Origin: Candidatus Latescibacterota bacterium
GTDB lineage: Bacteria > Latescibacterota > UBA2968 > GCA-2709665
Assembly (NCBI GenBank): GCA_963667175.2
Contig: CAXXXF010000004.1
Location: forward strand, 32,001 to 96,000
Reading direction: 5' to 3'
Length of the DNA stretch: 64,000 bases
The position numbers were made by a program, and so were the translations under genes. Position 1 is the first letter of the stretch, and every line of letters starts with the position of its first letter. Shown one piece after another: positions 50,201-58,759 of this stretch. The notes beneath the pieces were generated by a model. The model did not search any database. It was given only the letters and a program-made list of their open reading frames with translations, and was not told the origin of the DNA.

Positions 50201-51587
50201 CTGGGATCTGAAAAGAGATCCCGCCGACCACGGCCATTCAATGCTTCTGCAGAGCATCAACTTCGCATCAAATTCGGTCGCCAGACTGGTTCTGCCACGA
50301 CTTAAGGAATGGTTAGATATGGGCGGCGATGTTGGCGAAAATGTGAGCGACCTTTCTGGGGCCTCGGCGCGGCTCAGCCAGGTGATCAGCGTGATGTTGA
50401 ACCATGGCGATGAACAGACGGAAGCCTACCTACTAGCGATCGCACGTCAACGCCTCCGGGAAGACTTGTCTGAAGGACTTGCAATCGTTTGGTTGCCGAC
50501 ACTTATGCGCCTCGATCCAAACCTCGGAGTAACCGCGCTTGAGGATCGGATCCGAACGGTCGCGCCGGGAAAGCATAGCGAAGCCGTCAAATGGTTTGGT
50601 GTCCTGTTCGGAGATCGTCGTGATCCGATTGACCTTAAGGCCACTGTTTTTGCGCCGCAACTACTCTTGCGCCTGCTCCGTCTCGCATACCGGCATGTTC
50701 AGCCCGTCGACGATGTCGAGCACGATGGTCCCTATTCGCCGGACACCCGCGACAACGCGGAATACGCACGAAACAAGATTGTGAGCGCTCTGTTCGAGGC
50801 GAAAGGCGAAGAGGGCTGGGCAGCGAAGCTGGAAATGGCCAAAGATCCGCTGTGTGCACATTTCAGGGACCGAATTATAGCAGTCGCTGAGGAGCAATGG
50901 GCACAAGAGATAGACTCCGTCCCGCTCGACGAAGCGCAGGCCGTTGCGCTGGACAAATCAGGTGAAGCCCCTCCTTCAACAAACGAGGCGATGTTTGCAG
51001 TCTTGTGCGATCGTCTGAAAGAGCTCGATGAACTATTGCTAAGCGACATGTCGCCTAGAGAAGCCTGGGCAGGTATAACTGCCGAGAGGATCATGCGCCG
51101 GGTGATTGCGCGGGAGCTTAACAACGCAGCAAATGGTCTATACAAAGTGGACCAAGAGGCCGTTACGGCCGACGAAAACAAAACAGATATTCGTCTGCGT
51201 TCGGTCAGGTCAGAGCACGAAGCCGTGATCGAACTCAAACTTGCCGATAACCGGACGGCCAGCGACTTGCGAGACACAATCTATGGTCAGCTGGTCACGA
51301 AATATATGGCGGCGGAGAACAGCAAGTCAGGGTGCCTGTTAATAACACTGGCGAAAGATCGGAAGTGGAAACACCCGGAGACCGGAAAACGGATCGGTCT
51401 AACAGACCTGGTGACGCTCCTCTGTAACGAAGCCGAACGAGTGGAGAAGATGATGGGTGGCGCATTATCACTGAGCGTTCGCGTTCTAGATCTGCGTCCC
51501 CGGCTACCTGATAAGAAAACAGTTGTCATGCCCCTTTGGGGCACCCATAATGATGAAAATGGTTGCGTCAACAGACTTGTGTGGTAG
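47223..51587 (+). CDS. Large STAND/NACHT-like ATPase with helical repeats and C-terminal PD-(D/E)xK nuclease-like domain
   Basis: Walker A EAGAGKT, Walker B FFLDSIDE, ITTRP, HRSVVEYLAA; C-terminal E...KTDIRL...IELK. Confidence 0.8.
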   Translation: MIERTFQDIPEGKLSEADQQSFLVDLGWSRGTTWLDLLRSRRVLIISEAGAGKTYECGKQAERMGDAGEPAFFVELAGLGTGDLRSLLNHDEEERLDAWLASQSDVATFFLDSIDELKLTLGSFRQALKRLNNGIGSQLGRARIVITTRPTSFDEHLLRSILPVPPSPSALPSEESFASIAMRDQKTQQAEKSDDHAPPDWRTVALMPLSDEQIIEFSSDQGVEDPAALMDDLKRRNAEEFARRPQDLIELCADWREHKRIRTHRDQVAANVRVKLLHRDDRHEPAELSVDKAIEGASRLALAMMVTRRMTIRHSAASDVIDQEAALDPVKILSDWKPDERKALLERPLFGFASYGRVRLHHRSVVEYLAAERLRTLLDRHRSFRALRRVIFAHTRGKTIVRPSMRPIAGWLALAEDRMFEMLRDNEPAVLLDEGDPDALSKPQRSQALRAYVERYGQGGRRDLNVPYIQVHRFASPELADDVNKLWAIGVENPDVRETLLSLIVAGRIGDCVDIAHGVVLDIQASVVERLIAVDAMVAMRDSRLKGIACDLATADNQWSHELALGVLLRLFPRDLSIDQFLQTLSWLKNGKRNIRELSWQLPRLIANVELDPEDLRSLRDGLLKLLSIGLRWQQEWPHIVCDRSYLSGALAAACVRGLGRRETDGWLHASVLALRLQDDREYNSNETHIALRERLKKLAADENARLFWAEDALLQSLRAIDDPWQRFAEIALHDGPVELRAERDLDWIKETLGDTDRSENDRAMLLEAAMRLRPNQKQWRDHVTSLKALVADLPCLLAVIDERLKQSKHDEEKERWKKRKEVRKNERERQAAKARASWIKFWRFVAEHPDEAFSSKRGDNTAWTLWRVMTQDGEDSRASGWNRRFIEEHFGKETANRLRHVLMKIWREDNPTLPSERPEDQRGTYLVWWQLGLAALYAEAEDPSWANRLTLEEAKLAARYAPIELNGLPNWIESLADVHPNAVDAILGNELSWDLKRDPADHGHSMLLQSINFASNSVARLVLPRLKEWLDMGGDVGENVSDLSGASARLSQVISVMLNHGDEQTEAYLLAIARQRLREDLSEGLAIVWLPTLMRLDPNLGVTALEDRIRTVAPGKHSEAVKWFGVLFGDRRDPIDLKATVFAPQLLLRLLRLAYRHVQPVDDVEHDGPYSPDTRDNAEYARNKIVSALFEAKGEEGWAAKLEMAKDPLCAHFRDRIIAVAEEQWAQEIDSVPLDEAQAVALDKSGEAPPSTNEAMFAVLCDRLKELDELLLSDMSPREAWAGITAERIMRRVIARELNNAANGLYKVDQEAVTADENKTDIRLRSVRSEHEAVIELKLADNRTASDLRDTIYGQLVTKYMAAENSKSGCLLITLAKDRKWKHPETGKRIGLTDLVTLLCNEAERVEKMMGGALSLSVRVLDLRPRLPDKKTVVMPLWGTHNDENGCVNRLVW
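51520..51562 (-). mobile_element. Possible orphan IS110-type right end
   Basis: Minus strand CCATTTTCATCATTATGGGTGCCCCAAAGGGGCATGACAACT, a hairpin-containing end resembling those I recall from IS110 elements. Confidence 0.4.
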
Positions 51588-51609
51588 GTTGTTGGCCACC
51601 ATAACCCTT

Positions 51610-51754
51610 GGCTGGTCGAAGGTCGTTTTGTAGATGGTGCTATGAGCCTGAAAAACAGTTGGACCTGGGTATCTGGAGGTATCCATTATTGTCGCCCCCT
51701 GTAAAGGGAGAGCCCGCCAAGTAGACTCTTATCCCAGCAGATACCCGACCAGCC
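51610..51754 (+). ncRNA. Candidate IS110 bridge RNA
   Basis: Closed by GGCTGGTCG/CGACCAGCC; internal GGGTATCTG/CAGATACCC stem; contains CCAAGTAG, similar to the element end CTAAGTAG. Confidence 0.55.
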
Positions 51755-51777
51755 GGATCAGACACAGGAGGCCTGCG

Positions 51778-53085
51778 ATGCATGTCATCTACCCTTGTTG
51801 CGCTGGTTTGGATGTCCACAAAAAGACGGTCGTTGCCTGCCGGATGAAGGCCGAAGGGTCAAAGCCGAGCCGGCGAGAGGTAAAGACCTTCTCCACAATG
51901 ACCCGGCAGTTGCTGGCGTTGAGCGATTGGCTTTCTCAGTGGGGCTGCACCCACGTGGCGATGGAAAGCACCGGCGAGTATTGGAAGCCCATCTTCAACG
52001 TGCTGGAAGCCAACTTTGAAGTCTTGCTGGTCAATGCGCAGCACGTCAAACAGGTGCCAGGACGCAAGACCGATGTCCGGGATGCTGAGTGGCTGGCCGG
52101 GCTGCTGCAACACGGCTTGCTCAAAGCGAGCTTTATCCCCCCTGCCCTCCAGCGGGATTTGCGTGATCTGACGCGGTATCGCACCACATTGGTGCAGGAG
52201 CGCACCCGGGTGATCAATCGGGTGCAGAAGGCTTTGGAGGGCGCCAACATCAAGCTGTCCAGTGTGGCCAGCGATACGCTGGGCGTGTCGGGTCGGGCCA
52301 TACTAAAAGGGCTCATCCAAGGCCAGGAAGATCCAGCAGCGTTAGCGGAGTTGGCCAAGGGCCGCTTGCGCAACAAGAAGGCCGACCTGGAGCAGGCGCT
52401 GACCGGCTTTTTCCGACCCCACCATCGCTTTTTGTTGAGCCACTTGCTGGCGCATCTGGACTTTCTGGAAACACAACTTTCTCAGCTGTCCGACCAGATC
52501 GCTCAACACATTGAGGCGATGGGTGTGCCCCCAAAAGACCCGCAGCCTCCTTCGGGCGGTTCGTCCAAGCCTGCGCAAGCTTCTGGGCTCCTTCCCAATC
52601 AGGCCATGGCCTTGTGGGATACGATTCCTGGCGTCAACCAGACCGTGGCCGAGGTTATGGTGGCCGAAATGGGCGTGGATATGGGCCGCTTCCCCACCCA
52701 CCGGCATCTGGCCTCCTGGGTCGGCTTAGCGCCGGGAAACCATGAAAGCGCAGGGAAACGTCAATCGGGGCGCACCACCAAAGGCAATCCTGCGTTGCGT
52801 CTTGCCCTCGTCCAAGCGGCCTGGGCGGCCTCGCGCACCAAAGACACTTATCTGTCCGCTCTCTATCGTCGGTTGGCCGCACGACGGGGCAAGAAACGCG
52901 CCTTGGTGGCAGTGGCTCATTCCATTCTCACAGCCGCCTATCATATGGCCTGTCACACACAACCCTATCAAGATCCGGGCAGCAACTATTTCGATCAGCG
53001 CAAGAAACACGACGTTGTCTCTCGGCTCTCCCATCGCCTGGAAAAGTTGGGGTACAACGTTGCGCTTACGCTACAAGCTGCTTAA
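51778..53085 (+). CDS. IS110-family DEDD recombinase/transposase
   Basis: GLDVHK, AMESTG, KTDVRD, TIPGV, ESAGK. Confidence 0.96.
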   Translation: MHVIYPCCAGLDVHKKTVVACRMKAEGSKPSRREVKTFSTMTRQLLALSDWLSQWGCTHVAMESTGEYWKPIFNVLEANFEVLLVNAQHVKQVPGRKTDVRDAEWLAGLLQHGLLKASFIPPALQRDLRDLTRYRTTLVQERTRVINRVQKALEGANIKLSSVASDTLGVSGRAILKGLIQGQEDPAALAELAKGRLRNKKADLEQALTGFFRPHHRFLLSHLLAHLDFLETQLSQLSDQIAQHIEAMGVPPKDPQPPSGGSSKPAQASGLLPNQAMALWDTIPGVNQTVAEVMVAEMGVDMGRFPTHRHLASWVGLAPGNHESAGKRQSGRTTKGNPALRLALVQAAWAASRTKDTYLSALYRRLAARRGKKRALVAVAHSILTAAYHMACHTQPYQDPGSNYFDQRKKHDVVSRLSHRLEKLGYNVALTLQAA

Positions 53086-53294
53086 ATAAAAGAAAAACAA
53101 CAGGATTCTTCGAAATCTGAAAGGTTATTTTCTAAGTAGCAACTATTTCGATCAGCGCAAGAAACACGACGTTGTCTCTCGGCTCTCCCATCGCCTGGAA
53201 AAGTTGGGGTACAACGTTGCGCTTACGCTACAAGCTGCTTAAATAAAAGAAAAACAACAGGATTCTTCGAAATCTGAAAGGTTATTTTCTAAGT
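52981..53294 (+). repeat. Perfect 157-bp tandem duplication of the IS110 3' end
   Basis: 52981-53137 equals 53138-53294. Confidence 0.95.
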
Positions 53295-53344
53295 AGAACA
53301 AGATAAGGGGCGATTGAGTACCTCTTGACGTGAAGCCGAACCCG

Positions 53345-53515
53345 TCGTGTTGGTGTGTGATAACCTCAACACACGTGCCCGCGGCACGCTACGAGGCGTC
53401 CTTACCCGAAGAAGCTCGGTCTGGCCAGTCGTCTCGAAGTCAACAAATGCCAGACTGTCAATTGGCGGGTCACGACCGACGATGTTCGGATCAAACTGAG
53501 AAAGCTGTATCCAGA
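53345..53515 (+). pseudogene. Degenerate IS630-family transposase fragment
   Basis: Frameshifted VLVCDNLNT, YEA..PEEAR, RLE and VNWRVTTDDVRIKLRKLYP with an internal deletion. Confidence 0.75.
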
Positions 53516-53691
53516 CAACGCGGCGCTTTATTTGTCAATGGGTATAATTAGATGTAGCATTGCCGTCGTGAGGCAATACACCAGTGAAACTTTCTGTCGT
53601 GTCCACACGTTTTAGTCTTGACAGTTCCAAATCTCTTTACGACTTTCATTGTCCAATATGAAAAGGCAAGATAAAATAAGGATAAACAGGA

Positions 53692-53964
53692 ATGCGTTGT
53701 TTCTTTGTGGTCGCAAGAGAAAACACCGGGATAACAGATAGCATAATAGCTACGAATTTCGATAAGAATTATGTTATTGTTCCTGGCTCTGTGTGGGCGG
53801 TGGCACATTCGGACCCATTTGCTACGACTATGGATGTTTGCAATATGCTGGGAATTGGACAAGAAGGAGGGAGAACTGGAATCGTGCTCTCGGTCTCACA
53901 ATACAATGGGTATTTCGATAGTGCGCTTTGGGAGTCATTGGCGCAATGGGGGAACGCGCCATGA
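53692..53964 (+). CDS. Small hypothetical protein (AT-rich)
   Basis: 90-aa ORF with ATGA coupling to the next gene. Confidence 0.6.
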   Translation: MRCFFVVARENTGITDSIIATNFDKNYVIVPGSVWAVAHSDPFATTMDVCNMLGIGQEGGRTGIVLSVSQYNGYFDSALWESLAQWGNAP

Positions 53965-54278
53965 CGGAACACCTGGATTTTCCGAACACGCGCCCAGGCG
54001 ACAGCGGAAATACTGGTAATGGCAACAACGGTTTTGGCAAACGATTACGGGAGGTTGAACAGGAGATTGCGGGAATGCGTGCTGATTTGAGCAACATCAA
54101 AGAAAACATGGCGACTAAAAAGGACATTTCTGACTTGCGCACAGATATAGCCAAGCAGAAAGCAGAGGCATGGTCGAAAACGGGATATGCTCTTTTGGGA
54201 ATCGTTGGAACTACAATAGTAAGCGTTTTTGTGATTTTCGCTAAAGAGTTGATTCAGTTTTTTGCGAAAGGGGGGTAG
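53961..54278 (+). CDS. Coiled-coil protein with C-terminal TM helix (XhlA/DUF1640-like)
   Basis: RLREVEQEI...MATKKDISDLR followed by a hydrophobic segment. Confidence 0.7.
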   Translation: MTEHLDFPNTRPGDSGNTGNGNNGFGKRLREVEQEIAGMRADLSNIKENMATKKDISDLRTDIAKQKAEAWSKTGYALLGIVGTTIVSVFVIFAKELIQFFAKGG

Positions 54279-54732
54279 TCGTTCAGAGCGTGTTCAGGTC
54301 CTTTCTCCAAGCCTGAGTTGCGGCTGTCTTGGCCCTTGCCCACCCTCCCATAGCATATCGAATCTCTCTCCTTCCAACATCCCGGAAACGCTTATCGTTT
54401 GCATTCTGGGATACGTAACCTGCCCCGACTTGCACATCTCCGGCTTCCGCCACAAAAGCACGAAATTCTCGCTCTTCGGTCGTTCTCGAAGGCTTCATAG
54501 CGATTAATCCGTCCATCATGGCTTTATTAGTGTCCTCAACGAAGTGCAAGGCCCGCAGGTCGCCTATATTGACGCACTGCCCGCCATTTGCTTCCATGGC
54601 CGTACTCTCCACCGGACCATCTCCATAGGTTTCAAATTTCAAGCGGCCGTCGATTCCAGTGCACTTCAACCCTGTTCAACTGTAATCGCGGTTGTCTTCC
54701 GAGTCGCGGCGACGAAATGACGCTTCGGGGCC

Positions 54733-55326
54733 TCACCGCCCCAACGAATCCAGGTGATCGAGAATTTCATCCTGGTCGGCCAGATCGTACTGATTCGAAC
54801 CGATGTAGATATACCTGACGATGCCAGTTTGTTCGATGATGAACGTCGCCGGTCGGGCGATGCTCTTGCTCAGACTCTGATCCGCCAGCCCGGTCCACTT
54901 GTGCAGGCGGCGGCCTGGATTGCCGAATATCGACGTCGCGGGACGAACGATGGTATAGGCGAAGTTGTGCAGCGCCAGGCCGAACCAGTGATGTACCCCG
55001 TAACTCCTGATGGCACTCCAGTCTTCGTCCGCCAGGAGCGGAAAGGGTATGCCGTTGCGTTCCGCGTATTCGCGCATCTCCCGAAGCGGCTGCCCCGCGG
55101 CAATGGCGATGGATGCCGCGTTGCGTTCGGCGTACTCATCGACGTGTTCCTGCACAGTCGCCAACTGACGACGGCTTCTTCTTCACCAGGTTCCCCGAAA
55201 GAACGTCAGTACGACGTGTTCTTTTTCAAGAAGCGTCGTCAGCGAGACGGATCGTTGCTGGTGCGAGGGGAGCGTGAACAAGGGTGCGGTATCACCGACG
55301 CGGAGAATCCTGCTTTCGAGCGGCAT
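54733..55326 (-). CDS. AhpC/TSA-like redoxin, probable selenoprotein (UGA at 55183-55185)
   Basis: MPLESRILRVGDTAPLFTL...LTFFRGTW-UGA-RRSRRQL continues in frame into ORF 54733-55164 (PFPLLAD, ARPATFII). Confidence 0.8.
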
Positions 55327-55355
55327 AGTGTGCACTTTTTCAAGGGTCATCCGCT

Positions 55356-56114
55356 ATGGACAGCGAACTGCTGAAACTGGGGTTCGTCCCAACGCGATTG
55401 ACGCCCGCGCAATGCAGCGCGCTGGATAACGACGGCTTTCTCATTTTGGAAGACGTCATCTCGCCGGACTGGCTGGGGCGGCTGCGCCACGCGTTCGACG
55501 CGATCTTTGACCGCGAGGGCGACAGGGCCGGCGTTGAGGTCGCCCGGATGGAGGGCGTGCGCCGCCTCGCCGATCTGGTCAACAAGGGCACGGTCTTCGA
55601 CAACGTATACCTGCAGCCGCAGCTGCTGACGGCGGTCTTTCACGTGTTGCGGCGGCCGTTCAAGCTGCACTCGCTCAACGGTCACGATCCCCTGCCCGGC
55701 AGCGGGTTACAGGGCCTGCACACGGACTGGGGACAGCCCACCGTGCCCGGCGGACCGTACCACGTCGTCAACTCCATGTGGATGCTGGACGATTTCACCC
55801 GGGCCAACGGCGCGACCCGCTGCGTCCCCGCCAGCCACCGCAGGGCTGACAGGATCTCCGACCACGTGGCCGACTCCATGGCCGATCACCCGGATCAGGT
55901 GCAGCTGACCGGGCGCGCCGGCTCGGTCGCCGTATTCAACGGCAGCCTCTGGCACGGCTCATATCGCAATCGCACCGACGCTCCTCGCCGCACCCTGCAC
56001 TGCGCCTTTATCGCCCGGGAGCACGCGCAACAGACGAATCAGCGCGAGTACCTGCGGCCCGAAACCGCCCGAAGGCTCTCGCCGCCGGCGCGTTACATCC
56101 TGGACGTGGAGTGA
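55356..56114 (+). CDS. PhyH-family dioxygenase
   Basis: LHTDW, WMLDDFT..NGAT, PASH, LWHG, PRR. Confidence 0.9.
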   Translation: MDSELLKLGFVPTRLTPAQCSALDNDGFLILEDVISPDWLGRLRHAFDAIFDREGDRAGVEVARMEGVRRLADLVNKGTVFDNVYLQPQLLTAVFHVLRRPFKLHSLNGHDPLPGSGLQGLHTDWGQPTVPGGPYHVVNSMWMLDDFTRANGATRCVPASHRRADRISDHVADSMADHPDQVQLTGRAGSVAVFNGSLWHGSYRNRTDAPRRTLHCAFIAREHAQQTNQREYLRPETARRLSPPARYILDVE

Positions 56115-56281
56115 ACACCGGGGCATTATTCATGCGCTGCTTTTTCTTCTGACAACCCATCGCGTACGCAGAGGATAATTTCGCGCCGATATCGGCAATA
56201 TACAATTCGCGGAAAACGTCCGCAAGGCTCCAGCGGCGATCGGATCCGCCTGGAGACCGTCACCGGAGGTGGATTGTACCT

Positions 56282-57838
56282 ATGTCCTCAACCGGCACAC
56301 GCTTATGGCCTCTCTATCTGCTGGGAGGCATCGTCGTCCTGGCGCTTCTGCTGATCTGGTTGCCCGAATCCCTCCATCGCCAGAAACAGGTGATGCGCAC
56401 CATGGGCATCTTTATTCTCGCCATCTTCCTTGCTTTGCTCTGGTTGCTCTTTGCGTCGCGGCTGGCCTGGGGACAGCGCCTGCGCTGTTTCGGCGGCATC
56501 GTCTTCGTCATTGCGCTTGGCGTCGGGTGTTTTCGCATTAAGGGGATGAGCGGCGATTTCGTACCGATCCTCGAATGGCGCTGGAGTGCTCAGAACAAAG
56601 CCGCCGTCGCGGAAGGAGGGGACGCCACCGCGCTCAACGCCCGCGATTGGCCGCAATTCCTCGGCCCCGAGCGCAACAACCGCCTCCGGGGCATCCACCT
56701 CGAGCGCGACTGGAACAAACACCCGCCGCGCGAAGTCTGGCGACGCCCGGTCGGCGCCGCCTGGTCCTCCTTTGCCGTTGTCGGGGGCCGGGCAGTCACT
56801 CAGGAGCAACACGGCCCCGAAGAACAGGTCGTCTGCTACGACCTGGCAACGGGCCGCAAGCTCTGGCAACATGCCGACTCGACTCGCTACGAGAGCGCCG
56901 TAGCCGGCGTCGGCCCGCGCGCCACGCCGACCATCGCTGGAGACCGGGTTTTCACCATGGGCGCGACCGGCATCCTCAACTGCCTGGATTTGGCCAGCGG
57001 GAACTTGATCTGGTCCAGAGACATCCTCGCCGACAATCGGGCTAAGGCCCATTGGTGGGGCATCAGCTGTTCGCCGCTGGTCCTCGACACCCTGGTCGTG
57101 GTCAGCGCCGGAGGCCCGGATGAACGCTCGCTGGTGGCCTATCACCGCCAAACCGGCGCGTTAGTCTGGGGCGGGGGCACGGACAGGGCCGGCTTCAGCT
57201 CGCCGCGTCTGGTTACACTGGCCGGACGCGAGCAGATATTGATTTTCAACAGCCATAGCGTCGTCGCACACGATCCGCACAACGGAGGTCTCCTCTGGCG
57301 TCAGCCCTGGGATCAGGTCGAATGCGTTGCCAACCCCCTGCCCTTGCCCGGGAACCGGGTTCTGGTCTCCACCGGGTACGGCATTGGCGCCAGGCTGTAT
57401 CAGGTGAACGCCGCGCCCGGCGGGGGCTTAACGAGCGATATCGTCTGGGAAAGCCCGCGGCTCAAGGCCAAGTTCGCCAACATGGTCTATCGCGACGGTT
57501 TTGTCTACGGCCTCGACGATGGGGTGCTGGTCTGCCTCGACCCGAAAGACGGCAAGCGCCGCTGGAAGCGCGGGCGCTACGGCCACGGCCAGCTCATCCT
57601 GATCGACGACGTCCTGCTGATCATGAGCGAATCGGGCGACGTGGTACTGGTCGAGGCCCGCCCCGCCCGCCACGTCGAACTGGCGCGCATGACGGCCTTC
57701 GCGGGCAAAACCTGGAATCCCCCGTCCCTTGCCGCGCCCTATCTGTTGGTGCGCACGGATAGCGAGGCCGCCTGCTACGAGCTGCCGCTTGCAGACAGTG
57801 CTCAGGCGCAACACGTCCGACAGAGTCCCGGATATTAA
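56282..57838 (+). CDS. Membrane-anchored PQQ-like (BamB-family) beta-propeller protein
   Basis: Three N-terminal TM helices, DWPQFLGP, repeated CYD..TG..LW blades. Confidence 0.88.
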   Translation: MSSTGTRLWPLYLLGGIVVLALLLIWLPESLHRQKQVMRTMGIFILAIFLALLWLLFASRLAWGQRLRCFGGIVFVIALGVGCFRIKGMSGDFVPILEWRWSAQNKAAVAEGGDATALNARDWPQFLGPERNNRLRGIHLERDWNKHPPREVWRRPVGAAWSSFAVVGGRAVTQEQHGPEEQVVCYDLATGRKLWQHADSTRYESAVAGVGPRATPTIAGDRVFTMGATGILNCLDLASGNLIWSRDILADNRAKAHWWGISCSPLVLDTLVVVSAGGPDERSLVAYHRQTGALVWGGGTDRAGFSSPRLVTLAGREQILIFNSHSVVAHDPHNGGLLWRQPWDQVECVANPLPLPGNRVLVSTGYGIGARLYQVNAAPGGGLTSDIVWESPRLKAKFANMVYRDGFVYGLDDGVLVCLDPKDGKRRWKRGRYGHGQLILIDDVLLIMSESGDVVLVEARPARHVELARMTAFAGKTWNPPSLAAPYLLVRTDSEAACYELPLADSAQAQHVRQSPGY

Positions 57839-57879
57839 GCGGCGCCAGCGATGTGAACGGCAAACGGTTCGGGCTGGGC

Positions 57880-58356
57880 TTACTCATTGCGAAACGCCTT
57901 CTCCAGTCCGGCGATATCCAGCTTGTTCATTTTCAGATATGCGGCGGTGACCCGCTCGACTGCCGCCGCATCGTTACCGGCCATCATTTCGCCCAGCGCG
58001 ATGGGCACAATCTGCCAGGAGACGCCGAAACGGTCGGTGAGCCAGCCACATTGACCTTCCTCTCCGCCACCGGCCGTCAAGCGTTCCCATAGCGCGTCCA
58101 CTTCGTCCTGATCGACGCAGTTGACCAGGAGCGACATCGTCGGGCTGTGCGTGTATCGGGGACCGCCGTTGATGATGCAGAACTCCTGCCCCGCCAGTTT
58201 GAACTCGGCCGACATGATATCGCCGGTCTCGCCCATGCCGGCGTCGTTGTAGCGTGTGATTCGGGTCACTTGCCCGTCTTCGAAGCACGACGTATAGAGT
58301 TCGAGCGCGTCCTCGACCCGTCCGTCAAACCACAGATTGGTGACGATTTTCTGCAT
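57880..58356 (-). CDS. VOC/PhnB-family protein (3-demethylubiquinone-9 3-methyltransferase-like)
   Basis: MQKIVTNLWFD, NGGP, CGWLTDRFGVSWQIVP. Confidence 0.92.
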   Translation of the reverse strand: MQKIVTNLWFDGRVEDALELYTSCFEDGQVTRITRYNDAGMGETGDIMSAEFKLAGQEFCIINGGPRYTHSPTMSLLVNCVDQDEVDALWERLTAGGGEEGQCGWLTDRFGVSWQIVPIALGEMMAGNDAAAVERVTAAYLKMNKLDIAGLEKAFRNE

Positions 58357-58759
58357 GCTTAATCTCCCTTGCCCAGGGCGTCCGTGTACGTCATCACAAA
58401 AAACACCGGACATTTCCGCGCGCACAGCTTGCAGCCGCGGGGAGGCAATCTCCGCCCCAATTCCAGTCGCTGTACCGGAAGGCAGTGGCGCCGTGTTTCA
58501 TATTGAGATAAACAGGTTGCTTGACGTTTTATATCAAGATAAATTATGCAAGCGCAACTTGGTGTCCTGTCCCGAAAATACCTTACCATTCTACCGTCGA
58601 TTCCTTCAGGTAAAGTGAGCAGAAAATCGTCAGCCGACGTTGCCCGGCGACTACCGGACGGTTTATCTGGTACTGTCTAATGGAAGGTTCAGGGCGCTCA
58701 TTCTCTATTTCCACACCTTTTGAAGGCAGCTCGGTACAGCAACTACAAGAGGCGGGAAG

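Larger units (their letters stand above)
51586..53296 (+). mobile_element. IS110-family element including a duplicated right end
   Basis: Non-coding leader + transposase + end TTATTTTCTAAGTAG; both proposed junctions read GTAG; no terminal inverted repeats. Boundaries are inferred. Confidence 0.75.

Noticed and set aside
54283-54669. 128-aa minus-strand ORF
   Set aside because: No RBS or motif recognised; could be a gene remnant but cannot be supported.
55183-55185. Redoxin as a nonsense pseudogene
   Set aside because: The TGA falls exactly on the catalytic Cys position and is followed by a SECIS-like hairpin, so Sec recoding is the simpler reading.
58610-58720. Purine riboswitch upstream of the NCS2 genes
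   Set aside because: Only a CTACCGG fragment resembles the consensus; P1/P2 and the conserved junctions are not evident. An Rfam scan would be decisive.
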